Part shown: positions 50,236 to 58,927 of the stretch, one piece after another
How the letters are laid out: each line of letters begins with the position of its first letter
How positions within the stretch are numbered: position 1 is the first letter of the stretch
DNA from: a virus
Length of the DNA stretch: 64,000 bases
IMG/VR virus record: IMGVR_UViG_3300042892_002528
Coordinates: 7,054-71,053 of that record
Direction: 5' to 3' (one strand)
Position numbers and translations under genes: made by a program
Notes under the pieces: generated by a model
What the model was told of the DNA's origin: nothing
Seen by the model: the letters and a program-made list of their open reading frames with translations, nothing else
Databases searched by the model: none

Positions 50236-50661
50236 TTACTTGCTGGAGTTGGTCGTCGAAAAGTTTCCCAAGTCTGTGACCTGTTCACTAATAAATGCAT
50301 CAAAATTGCTAGAGTTCTTCATTAAGTATAGTGCATTTTCAGCAGTATATCCTAGTTCGGCTTCCATGTCTTTACCACTTAAGTCAACTGGTGCTAGTTG
50401 TTCAAGATACTTCAGCTTAAAGCCAGACCATCCTTTAACTGCATTTTCAACATAAAGTTGTAAGAACAAGTCTTCGTTAAATTCTTCCGAAGCTTGACGA
50501 TTCTTAAAGCTAGTCTTTGTAGACTTTTTGCGAATCGACAAAAGTGTTTCGCGCGATAAAAATGCCAAATCAATCATAAAACCAGGCATACCAGGGTATT
50601 CTACCTGTACTGATTTGGAGGGAACTAACAGTGTTTTTAAAGAGAGAGTATTAATAGTCAT
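50236..50661 (-). CDS. tail assembly chaperone (gpG-like)
   Basis: Position after tube gene; VKGWSG motif; ends just after slippery G GGA AAC. Confidence 0.8.
   Translation of the reverse strand: MTINTLSLKTLLVPSKSVQVEYPGMPGFMIDLAFLSRETLLSIRKKSTKTSFKNRQASEEFNEDLFLQLYVENAVKGWSGFKLKYLEQLAPVDLSGKDMEAELGYTAENALYLMKNSSNFDAFISEQVTDLGNFSTTNSSK
50263..50269 (-). other. -1 programmed ribosomal frameshift site GGGAAAC
   Basis: X XXY YYZ heptamer in frame; the -1 frame is open into 49877-50227. Confidence 0.8.
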
Positions 50662-50675
50662 TTTATAATAAGATT

Positions 50676-50707
50676 AAAAAGAGAGACTGGAGATCAACCC
50701 AGTCTCT
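50676..50707 (-). terminator. rho-independent terminator after major tail gene
   Basis: AGAGACTGG...CCAGTCTCT stem followed by T5 on minus strand. Confidence 0.75.
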
Positions 50708-50726
50708 ATAAAAGTGCAGCCGTTAA

Positions 50727-52406
50727 TTAAACTGCTGCGCGGTAAACGATAGTTGCTTCGTTAGACTCTGTAATATCGTAACCAGTACCTGCAAAACCTT
50801 GAGCTGTAAAGTTAATTGTTGTAGAAATAACTTGCTCTGTGTTAATTGTAGGAATCTGCAACATAGCTGCAGGTAGCTTGATTTCAACACCAGTAGCATT
50901 TGTACTAGGTCCGCCAAGTTGTACATTAATTGTAAACTTAGGGTCGACTGTTGTAGCTGATTGGGCCAGCAAATCAGATAATAGTCCACCACTTTCAAGA
51001 CTACCTGTTTTTAGGTATGCATTGATAGTGCCGCTTATAGCGCGCGTACCTGTGAAGTACGTAATAGGTAAGTTAACTGTACCTAAGTTAGCAGGTGTCA
51101 AATACGTTAAGTTATTAGCAAAAGTGATGTTTCCACCAGTTAAAGCAATAGTATACACAGTACCAACATTAGCTGCAATTGTAGGAGTTGCAGCAGCAGC
51201 TGAACCGCCACCACCAGTAAAGGTAATTGCTGGTGCAGTCAAATATCCAGAACCTGCGTTAGTAATTGTAACACCAGTAATAGTAGAAGTACCTATAGTA
51301 ACTGCACCTGCAGTGGCGCCAGCACCATCACCAGCAATAGTGGCTGTTGGAGCAGAAGTGTACCCAGTACCAGCTGTTGTAATTACAATAGCTGTTACAC
51401 CGCCACCAGAAACTGTTGCGGTACCTAGTGCAGTTACACCATTAGCAACCTGAGGGGCAGAGAATGTTACTGTTGCAGCTGTGTAGCCAGTTCCAGGAGC
51501 AGATACTGCTGCTGCTGTTACACCGCCACCAGACAATACTGCGGTACCTGTAGCTGTTACACCATTAGAAGGTGCTGCAGCAAAAGCTACTGTAGGTACA
51601 GAGGTATAACCAGAACCAGCGGTACCAACTGTAACGGCCGTTACGGCTCCGCCAGCAGTGGCAACAAAATCATTGATACCGTCATTAACAATTAAAGTGC
51701 TCAACTTGTTAGTAATATAACGAGCTGCGGTATTCTTGGCAAGCGCAGTATTAGTGCCTGCAAAGCTACTGGTTGAAGTACCTACGTTTGTAAGCGCAAC
51801 AGGACTTGCTGTATCTGCTGCAGCCTTATCTACTACGCGAATTGCGGAACCTTTACCGGCCCATGCAACTGCAGCAATAGCGTCAATACCAAAATCAATA
51901 GTAGCAGAATCTAAGGCGCAGTTATCAATAACGTAACCAGCATTATCAAATAGGATAATTAAACCAAAAGGCAATAATTGATGTTTATTAGAATTAGTAA
52001 ATCCAACAGTACCAGTAGATGCTGTAGAAGTCCAAGCGGCACCAGCGGCACCAAAGTTAGCTGCACCACCAAAAGCATTCCATAAATACTGCTCTTCGGC
52101 AGTAATTGAACTACCTGTGTTATGTGGGCGAATATATGTAGAGAAAGTAAAGTCTACTGGCTCTAGGGCAGTGTTAAAACTGCGCTGACCACGAACAGGA
52201 GCAGCTCCTGCCTCGTTTAGTGTAACTGTATCTACAGTAGTATTTTGTGAAAAGCTCATGCCTTCCAGCACTTGAATTTCGAAAGTATTAGTTGCGGTCA
52301 TGGGACTTCCAGCATTTTTGAAGTCACCAATTTTTACACGACCGAAACTGTCAATGTTAGTAGTAAAGAAGACTCTACTATTACGAATTAAATTAACTGC
52401 TGCCAT
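50727..52406 (-). CDS. major tail tube protein (T5 pb6-like) with internal repeat insertion
   Basis: LIRNSRVFF, EIQVLEGMSFSQ, RGQRSFNTAL.P.DF.FSTYIRP, NNLTYLTP, FTGTRAISG. Confidence 0.88.
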   Translation of the reverse strand: MAAVNLIRNSRVFFTTNIDSFGRVKIGDFKNAGSPMTATNTFEIQVLEGMSFSQNTTVDTVTLNEAGAAPVRGQRSFNTALEPVDFTFSTYIRPHNTGSSITAEEQYLWNAFGGAANFGAAGAAWTSTASTGTVGFTNSNKHQLLPFGLIILFDNAGYVIDNCALDSATIDFGIDAIAAVAWAGKGSAIRVVDKAAADTASPVALTNVGTSTSSFAGTNTALAKNTAARYITNKLSTLIVNDGINDFVATAGGAVTAVTVGTAGSGYTSVPTVAFAAAPSNGVTATGTAVLSGGGVTAAAVSAPGTGYTAATVTFSAPQVANGVTALGTATVSGGGVTAIVITTAGTGYTSAPTATIAGDGAGATAGAVTIGTSTITGVTITNAGSGYLTAPAITFTGGGGSAAAATPTIAANVGTVYTIALTGGNITFANNLTYLTPANLGTVNLPITYFTGTRAISGTINAYLKTGSLESGGLLSDLLAQSATTVDPKFTINVQLGGPSTNATGVEIKLPAAMLQIPTINTEQVISTTINFTAQGFAGTGYDITESNEATIVYRAAV

Positions 52407-52478
52407 AGCTATTCCTTGTAGTTAGTAACCCAGGAGTACACTTACTAGACATTTATCTGTATTGGTACTATTAGGTAA

Positions 52479-52916
52479 TTAGAGTGCATAACGCACCTGT
52501 AAATTTATTTCACCGACACCATAAGGATTTAATAATCCTTCATCGGTTGTTATTGACTGAATTAATATTTCAGTAGTTGACAGATTATTAGTAATGTCAT
52601 ATACTAATACTCGGTTAGCATCTATTACATTTTCTAAATCGTCTAGTAAGTCTTCAAGTAATTGTTGCGCTTCGCTTTCGCTACGAACATAAACTTTTAC
52701 ACTAACGTTTAGGTGTCCCCAGGTAAAATCTCCTGGTAGATATTCTCTTAGTTCGGAACCAGCTGTAAGATACACACAAGGAAAGTCTTGAACTTCATCC
52801 CAGAATTTTAATTTAGGGTAGCTATTGTCAGACAAGTCACTTTTAAACTTACCAGTTCCGTCTATTATTTTAAATTTTTCAGCTAAAGCTGTTACAATGC
52901 TTATTCTTCTTGTCAT
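52479..52916 (-). CDS. tail terminator protein (T5 p142-like)
   Basis: KFWDEVQDFP, E.REY.PG, SITTDEGLL.PYGVGEI.LQVRY. Confidence 0.8.
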   Translation of the reverse strand: MTRRISIVTALAEKFKIIDGTGKFKSDLSDNSYPKLKFWDEVQDFPCVYLTAGSELREYLPGDFTWGHLNVSVKVYVRSESEAQQLLEDLLDDLENVIDANRVLVYDITNNLSTTEILIQSITTDEGLLNPYGVGEINLQVRYAL

Positions 52917-54613
52917 AGTGCAAATGCCCTTAATCTATTACCTACTGCTTGTTGCGCAATTTGTCTAATTGAATTAGAGATTAATAACTTAGGGTCTCTG
53001 GTTTTTGGATATTGCTGTACACCACCAACGCTAAAAGTTGCATAAGGGTATTTCATATAATTGTAAAATGCAGTTATCATTCCCTGCTTACTCATTGATA
53101 GACGCTCTACAGCAGCTGATTCAGCTAGTCTGCCGGTTCTATAGTTAAGTATATCTTCTCGAGTACCTTCACCCATATTATCACGAATAGCATTATGCAG
53201 TTGTGAATTTATTAAGACTAACAGTTTAGGTAAATTAACTGTGCTTTGTTCAGCACTAACTTTTAAATTTAAAGCCGGACCGACAGTATCACTAGATTTT
53301 TTCTTTACTTGCTTAAGTTTAGATAAGTTACTTTTTACTCTTTTAGCAGCTTCTTTAATTTCTTTTTCTAACGTATTACCTTTAGTAACAGTGGAACTAA
53401 AAGATTTTACGGGTACAGGTTTAACTTTTGCACCAAAAGGTTCAACTTTTGTTTTACGTAAAGCCGCTAGCTGTGTATCTTTTATATGTTTTCTTAATGT
53501 TTTAGAACTTTTTAAGTCTAGCAAAAAATTTGCTATTTCTTTTTTATTGTTAGGAAAGCTACTGTTTAAAGCTTTAGTAACTTCTGATAAATTAGCTTTA
53601 TAGTTTCTATAAATCTCATTAAGTTTAACAGCAATTATTTCACTGTCTTGACCAATTTTTCTAAGGGCTGTTTTGTCTTCGGAATATATACCTTCGGTAC
53701 TACCTATATCACGCAAAAGAGCTACAAAGTTTAAAGCTCTTGATAGTCTTCCAGAACCTTGATTAGTATTAGAAGCTAGTATACCAACTTTAGAATCTCT
53801 TTTAGTTTTAGAATCTTTTAGCTGCATTTCTACACTTACAAAAAGATTGTTTCTATTTTGTGTACCTTTTAATACAGAAGCAGTTAAAGCCTCATACTCT
53901 GGCAATAAGCTACTAGATGCTATATCTAAATACTCGTGTAGTTTAATTATTTTGTCAATAAACGTATTATTGTAAAATTCGCCTGCTTGTTTCGTAGTTT
54001 TTAATCTTATAAATGCTTGAGATTCTATATGACCTACTTCAAAATTTTGGCCGTACTCTGAAGCATCTTTCTGACTAAGCCCGCAAGCTTTTAAAAACTC
54101 TACCATAACGGTAGCTGTATTAGAGTATGTATCCGAATAGCTAATTCCTGTAGCTTCTTCTATGTTACCAGTATCGCCGGTATTAGAAAATAACTGTAAA
54201 GGATTTTCTTTATAATTTTGATTATACCAAACTATATATGCTTTTAGTAAGGGTTTATTAGTGTACTTATCTTTGCCTTTAGCAATACCAGTTTCCGTAA
54301 CTGTTGGCATTTTTAAGCCATAAAATTTCCAATGTCTACGTAATCCTTCTTCAGTAACTACGGACACATTATTACTTAACGCCTGCCCTAAGTTTCTAAA
54401 CTGTGAAATAGGTCTTCCATCTAAACTTTTACCATCTTGTATCATTAAAGATGCTGCTCTACCTAATACTTGTTTATCGATACTAGGAGCATTAGGTAAT
54501 TTTAAACTACTTTCTAGGGCATCTGTCCACGAGTCTATAGTTAAGAAAGTACTAGGATTATTATCTAAAGAAGCTCTTGCTCTCATTACTGAGCTAAACT
54601 CTGATATACTCAT
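52913..54613 (-). CDS. tail completion/neck protein (T5 p143-like C-terminus) with long N-terminal extension
   Basis: C-terminal LNYRTGRLAES...YNYMKYPYATF..RDPKLLISNSIRQIA; synteny. Confidence 0.65.
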   Translation of the reverse strand: MSISEFSSVMRARASLDNNPSTFLTIDSWTDALESSLKLPNAPSIDKQVLGRAASLMIQDGKSLDGRPISQFRNLGQALSNNVSVVTEEGLRRHWKFYGLKMPTVTETGIAKGKDKYTNKPLLKAYIVWYNQNYKENPLQLFSNTGDTGNIEEATGISYSDTYSNTATVMVEFLKACGLSQKDASEYGQNFEVGHIESQAFIRLKTTKQAGEFYNNTFIDKIIKLHEYLDIASSSLLPEYEALTASVLKGTQNRNNLFVSVEMQLKDSKTKRDSKVGILASNTNQGSGRLSRALNFVALLRDIGSTEGIYSEDKTALRKIGQDSEIIAVKLNEIYRNYKANLSEVTKALNSSFPNNKKEIANFLLDLKSSKTLRKHIKDTQLAALRKTKVEPFGAKVKPVPVKSFSSTVTKGNTLEKEIKEAAKRVKSNLSKLKQVKKKSSDTVGPALNLKVSAEQSTVNLPKLLVLINSQLHNAIRDNMGEGTREDILNYRTGRLAESAAVERLSMSKQGMITAFYNYMKYPYATFSVGGVQQYPKTRDPKLLISNSIRQIAQQAVGNRLRAFAL

Positions 54614-55176
54614 GTAAAGTCCGCTACATATTGGTCTAAAACACGTTTAATTGATGCAGGTAAATTAGTTGATGCAACGTAATTAATTTGCGTAGTGTTA
54701 GGGTTTAAATCACGAGTACTATGTACAGCACCATTATTGCGTGAATAATACTCGAGTAAGTCTAATACTGCTAATTTTAAGTCGCCTGGAATTGGATCAA
54801 ATCCGCCAAAATAACTTACACGATATCCATTAAGTGTTTCCGGAAATCCATTTGGATTAATAGAAATTACTGCGTCACCCTTAGTTACCCAATCAGTAAA
54901 TTTTACTAAACTTGTATAAGTTTTACCATAATCTGAACTATATGCTACTGAAGATACACTTACAACGGGAGTTTCTTTTAATAAGATCTCTTTAAATCCA
55001 CCATCAAAAACTTCAACCTTTATATCGCTGTAGTAATCTACAAAAGTGCGACGGCAGTATGATTTTACCAAGTCACTGACTTTAGGTATTAAGAAATCTA
55101 TTTCTGCGTCTGAATTTGTACTAGTAATCCCCATGTAAGATTTGTACTCAGATTTTGTTATTAAATCTATTGCCAT
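54610..55176 (-). CDS. head completion/head-tail adaptor (T5 p144-like)
   Basis: Start MAIDLITKSEYK after GAGGT RBS (track start 55248 is unlikely); YCRRTF, IPGDLKLA, LPASIKRVLDQY. Confidence 0.8.
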   Translation of the reverse strand: MAIDLITKSEYKSYMGITSTNSDAEIDFLIPKVSDLVKSYCRRTFVDYYSDIKVEVFDGGFKEILLKETPVVSVSSVAYSSDYGKTYTSLVKFTDWVTKGDAVISINPNGFPETLNGYRVSYFGGFDPIPGDLKLAVLDLLEYYSRNNGAVHSTRDLNPNTTQINYVASTNLPASIKRVLDQYVADFT

Positions 55177-55219
55177 AAATACCTCACTTGTTTTATAAAG
55201 GCACAATATACCTTTATAA

Positions 55220-55243
55220 AACAAGACCCCGAAGGGTCTTGTT
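55220..55243 (-). terminator. rho-independent terminator after capsid gene (UUCG tetraloop)
   Basis: AACAAGACCC-TTCG-GGGTCTTGTT then TTAT on minus strand. Confidence 0.8.
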
Positions 55244-55261
55244 AACAATTACACTAGCAGA

Positions 55262-57217
55262 TCAGGTTGCTGTGTACTTGTGTGCTGCAACAGCGTTACC
55301 TAAATTAGTAGTAACACGTGTCATGCCAGTACGGAGGCTAGCCACCATAACGCGACGTTGTGTTTCAACCAACTCTTGGGTATCAATGCGGAGACCGCGC
55401 TGATTACCAACGATAAAGTTGCCTGGGTGCAATGCAATAGCGCCTGCAACACCAGTACCTGGGGAAGCGAACTCTGCAGAGACCAACACAGGGCTTCCAC
55501 CGATTTGACCGATTTGACCGGTTAACAGTGTAGCTTGTGTACCAACTTGGTTCATTGTTTGGAAGGTTGTGTCTTCCAGCAATTGGTAATAAGTATCAGT
55601 ATTAATGATATAAATTACTTCTGATGGATCCAGACCCCATGCACCTAAACCTTGACGCAATGTGCGAAGCTTAGCAACGTTCATGCCGGCGGCAATAGTG
55701 TTACCAGTAGCAGTGGTGTTAGTAGCCCAGTTTGCCAAACCTTTGACAGGGTCGGAACCAGAACCAGCACCTAACAAGAAAGCCTTGTCAACGGCGCGAG
55801 CAACACGACGAATCATACCGTCACGAATCATTGGCATCAAAGCGATCAAAGAATCTTCTTCTTCTTCGTATGCTGTATACTCGTTTGTGGCAAGTTTATA
55901 AGCATTCAAAGTGATTTCTTTGAAAGCGTGGGTTTGTGTAGCACCAGCAGAAGCGCCAATAGTTGATGTACCAGGAGCAGCAGCAACGTTACCAAACTCA
56001 GCGTTAGTAACCCAAGTAGCAGTTCCTGCTTCTGGATTCACTGGCATGGTCATGACATTGGTTTGCATAGCGATGTTGCGGAAAATAGGAGCAACAACTA
56101 AACGACGACGAACTTCATTTTCCATGTTTAATGAAACTTCAAGTTCCCAAGTGCCGGTTGTGCCTGAAGGCTGGTGAGCACCGTATTTTTGTACTAATTC
56201 ACGACCAAATTTTGTGCCGTCCAATGACTTACCAGCCATTTTAGCCAACATAATTGCTTTTTCTTTGTCAGCGTAAGCCAAAACGTCTTTGCTGTCTTGG
56301 AAAGACATTTTTGATTTTGTGATTGCTTCGATTTCAGCAGCTTTTTCTTTCAAAGAAGCCTCTAAACCAGCGATAACTGATTTGCTTGAATCTTCAGCAG
56401 CAGCTAAACGCTTCTCAACTTCGGCCATCAAGCGCTCAGCACCTGTGTCGCCAGTAGAGATAGAAGCAACAGCGGCTTTAACGCGTGCATCTAATTCGGC
56501 TTCTGTTTTATCAGCAGCGGCTTTTTCGGCCAATGCTTTTGCCTGTGAGTCGGCGATGGCTTTAGCAGTGAGCTCAGCCGCTTTGTTAGCTGCATCAGCC
56601 AACATTTGTTCTAATTGTTTAGGATCCATTTCCCATTCCTTTTTAATTTCGCTGATTGCTTCCGTTGAGGATTCTAGCCCTTTAGCTGAATCGCTTTCGG
56701 GTGCAAACTGCTGTTTGAAAGATTTAAATTCTTCGGCTGTATCAAACGCCTTAGAAAGACTAAATAGTGTATTTTGATTAGCTGGTACTGACACTACTGA
56801 AATTTCGTGCAGTTCTAGCTCTTTTACCACAAACAACTCTTTGGCTGCATCATATTCCGCATCTACGATTCGGAAGCCGATACTAAATGCCGTTAAGATG
56901 CCATCTTTTACAAGATTGAAAACTTCGTCAGCTGCTGAAGAAATACGGGCTTTAACCCACAATCCTTTACTGTCAACTCTGTGATCTACCATCCTACCAA
57001 CTGGCTCGCTATGGTTGTGATATGCCAAAATTACTGGATTCTTCAAATAATTTTGTATACCCTTTTTCCATACACTTGCTGGGACAATGTCGCCTTGTCT
57101 ATCAATGTCATCAGTACTTGCGTACCCTTCGATTGTTATACTAGTTGTCTTTTCGTCGGTGGTATCGCTCTTGATAAATGAACTGTTTAAAAACAGTATT
57201 TTACTTTTATCTACCAT
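55262..57217 (-). CDS. prohead protease (HK97 type) - major capsid protein fusion
   Basis: IEGYAST..DRQGD, LAYHNH, FSIGF, EISVVSVPANQ (protease), then coiled-coil delta domain and HK97-fold capsid (GQIGGSPVLVS); no internal stop. Confidence 0.9.
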   Translation of the reverse strand: MVDKSKILFLNSSFIKSDTTDEKTTSITIEGYASTDDIDRQGDIVPASVWKKGIQNYLKNPVILAYHNHSEPVGRMVDHRVDSKGLWVKARISSAADEVFNLVKDGILTAFSIGFRIVDAEYDAAKELFVVKELELHEISVVSVPANQNTLFSLSKAFDTAEEFKSFKQQFAPESDSAKGLESSTEAISEIKKEWEMDPKQLEQMLADAANKAAELTAKAIADSQAKALAEKAAADKTEAELDARVKAAVASISTGDTGAERLMAEVEKRLAAAEDSSKSVIAGLEASLKEKAAEIEAITKSKMSFQDSKDVLAYADKEKAIMLAKMAGKSLDGTKFGRELVQKYGAHQPSGTTGTWELEVSLNMENEVRRRLVVAPIFRNIAMQTNVMTMPVNPEAGTATWVTNAEFGNVAAAPGTSTIGASAGATQTHAFKEITLNAYKLATNEYTAYEEEEDSLIALMPMIRDGMIRRVARAVDKAFLLGAGSGSDPVKGLANWATNTTATGNTIAAGMNVAKLRTLRQGLGAWGLDPSEVIYIINTDTYYQLLEDTTFQTMNQVGTQATLLTGQIGQIGGSPVLVSAEFASPGTGVAGAIALHPGNFIVGNQRGLRIDTQELVETQRRVMVASLRTGMTRVTTNLGNAVAAHKYTAT

Positions 57218-57226
57218 ATTACCCCT

Positions 57227-58402
57227 TTATTGCTGATTATCTGTGGGCCTACCACCTTTCGACGGATCAGCAGCCGAACCCGCAATATTGGCGGGTATTC
57301 TTATTTCGTCATTGCCATCTTTTGGCTCATAACGTAATTCTTTTCTTGCTTCATTAGCTGTAATGATGCCTGCATTGACTAAAGTCGAATGGTAAGCAGC
57401 AATATCTTTTAATTCTGGTTGCATTGCCGATACTGAACTAGTAACTGCTTCAATATCGTATCCATAGTATCGTTCTAAACTTGATGTAAATTTACGAACA
57501 ACCGGCATAACTGTTTCTAAATAAAATAATCGTAGATTAGGCGAAATGTTAGCATTATTTCCACCAGCTAATAAAATAGGTGGGATGCCAATACATTGCA
57601 TAATTAGTTCGTTGTGTGTTTTAATTGATTGATCAAAATCCATATCTTTGAAGTTTTGATTTGATACTTGTGCAGGCTTCAATCCTGAATCCAGAATAAC
57701 TGGACGCTTGCCGCCTTGTTTAGTTGAATATTTCTGTAACCAGTATTGAATTGTTTTTTCTTTTGCGATCTGTGAAAGCGTATTTTCGCTAGTTAAAACT
57801 AAACCAAATACAGCACCATTTTCAAAGAAGTTCTCTTGAAACTCTTTCATTGCATATAAAGTAGCAATGCTTCGTTGTGCTGCTTCTAAGCGTGAAGCGC
57901 CGCGATATATACTTTGACTATTAAGATCACGGAAGTGAAACACTTCTGGTTCTTTAAAATCAACCATACCGTTATAACGATACCCGCGTATAAATGTTTT
58001 TGTATCAGGCAAAATCTCAACTGATGTTGCAGGCAAGTGGTACATAAATACACCATCAAAGTGTATAAACACATTGCCTTCCAAGATCAAATCTGTGAAG
58101 ATTGCTTGGCGAAATTCTTGAGTGCTTTGATAGGGGTTAGGTCTGAAGTTCAAAAGTGTGTTTAGTGACTTTTGACGAATTCCAGCAACAACGCCTTCAT
58201 GAATCTTATCTTTTACGTCGTAGTCAAGTGAGCCAGCTGCATTAACAAGCATACTCACTGAACGATTAACTGCTTCTAGTTTTTGAAAAGCTTGACGATA
58301 TGTTATCTTGCTTTCTGTACCAATTTGCGTACCTGCTTCTTGAGCAATACGAGTTTGAGCTGGATTGAATTTTTCAACAATCCAGTCTGTAAATCTTGAC
58401 AT
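57227..58402 (-). CDS. portal protein (HK97 family, T5 pb7-like)
   Basis: LLNFRPNPYQS, DLILEGN, FFENGA, GIPPILL, GIITANEAR. Confidence 0.92.
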   Translation of the reverse strand: MSRFTDWIVEKFNPAQTRIAQEAGTQIGTESKITYRQAFQKLEAVNRSVSMLVNAAGSLDYDVKDKIHEGVVAGIRQKSLNTLLNFRPNPYQSTQEFRQAIFTDLILEGNVFIHFDGVFMYHLPATSVEILPDTKTFIRGYRYNGMVDFKEPEVFHFRDLNSQSIYRGASRLEAAQRSIATLYAMKEFQENFFENGAVFGLVLTSENTLSQIAKEKTIQYWLQKYSTKQGGKRPVILDSGLKPAQVSNQNFKDMDFDQSIKTHNELIMQCIGIPPILLAGGNNANISPNLRLFYLETVMPVVRKFTSSLERYYGYDIEAVTSSVSAMQPELKDIAAYHSTLVNAGIITANEARKELRYEPKDGNDEIRIPANIAGSAADPSKGGRPTDNQQ

Positions 58403-58411
58403 AGTTTTCCC

Positions 58412-58849
58412 TTAAGTGAACTCACTGAAAAAACTACCAAAGCTCTTTTTGGGTACAACTGCTTCCACCACACCACCAGTATGTTTTGCACGCTGCGTCT
58501 CTATCCAGTGAGCCTGTTTGGGTTCACTGCCAGGGCGGGGAGCTTTACCGTAAACACTGTGTAACGCTACATGATGACGATTACAAAGGGTGTAAACTTG
58601 GTCATATAACTCTACTTGGTGCTCATCAATAAACTCATCTCGCACAGCTAAAATACCGGCATCTGTTGAAATATCGTAACCCTTGGCTTCAGACCATTTG
58701 TCTAGGAGTATAGTAACTGAATGTAGGTGATGGAGTTCTAAGTCTGTGGCAGAGCCACAAACGCAACACTCCGTTTTCTTCTCGTAGGCCGCTTTGGCCC
58801 TATCACGAACCCACTTTACAGGGATTCGCTTATTTGTGTTTTTTGCCAT
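58412..58849 (-). CDS. HNH nicking endonuclease (T5 SciB-like)
   Basis: KWVRDRAKAAYEK...CCVCG....LELHH, TLCNRHHVALHSVYG; same position as in T5; ATG 58849 preferred over track start. Confidence 0.78.
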   Translation of the reverse strand: MAKNTNKRIPVKWVRDRAKAAYEKKTECCVCGSATDLELHHLHSVTILLDKWSEAKGYDISTDAGILAVRDEFIDEHQVELYDQVYTLCNRHHVALHSVYGKAPRPGSEPKQAHWIETQRAKHTGGVVEAVVPKKSFGSFFSEFT

Positions 58850-58878
58850 TATTTCAAAGTACTCCACAATTACCTAGT

Positions 58879-58907
58879 ATTATAGCAGAACAGCAACAAA
58901 AAGTCAA
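58879..58907 (-). promoter_or_regulatory. sigma70-type promoter TTGACT-17-TATAAT with TG extension
   Basis: Near-consensus; upstream of HNH/portal/capsid genes. Confidence 0.82.
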
Positions 58908-58927
58908 TGCACAAATTTTTTGTGGCA

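Noticed and set aside
55177-55248. Track N-terminal extension of the head-completion gene
   Set aside because: Runs through terminator hairpins; the ATG at 55176 has a proper RBS
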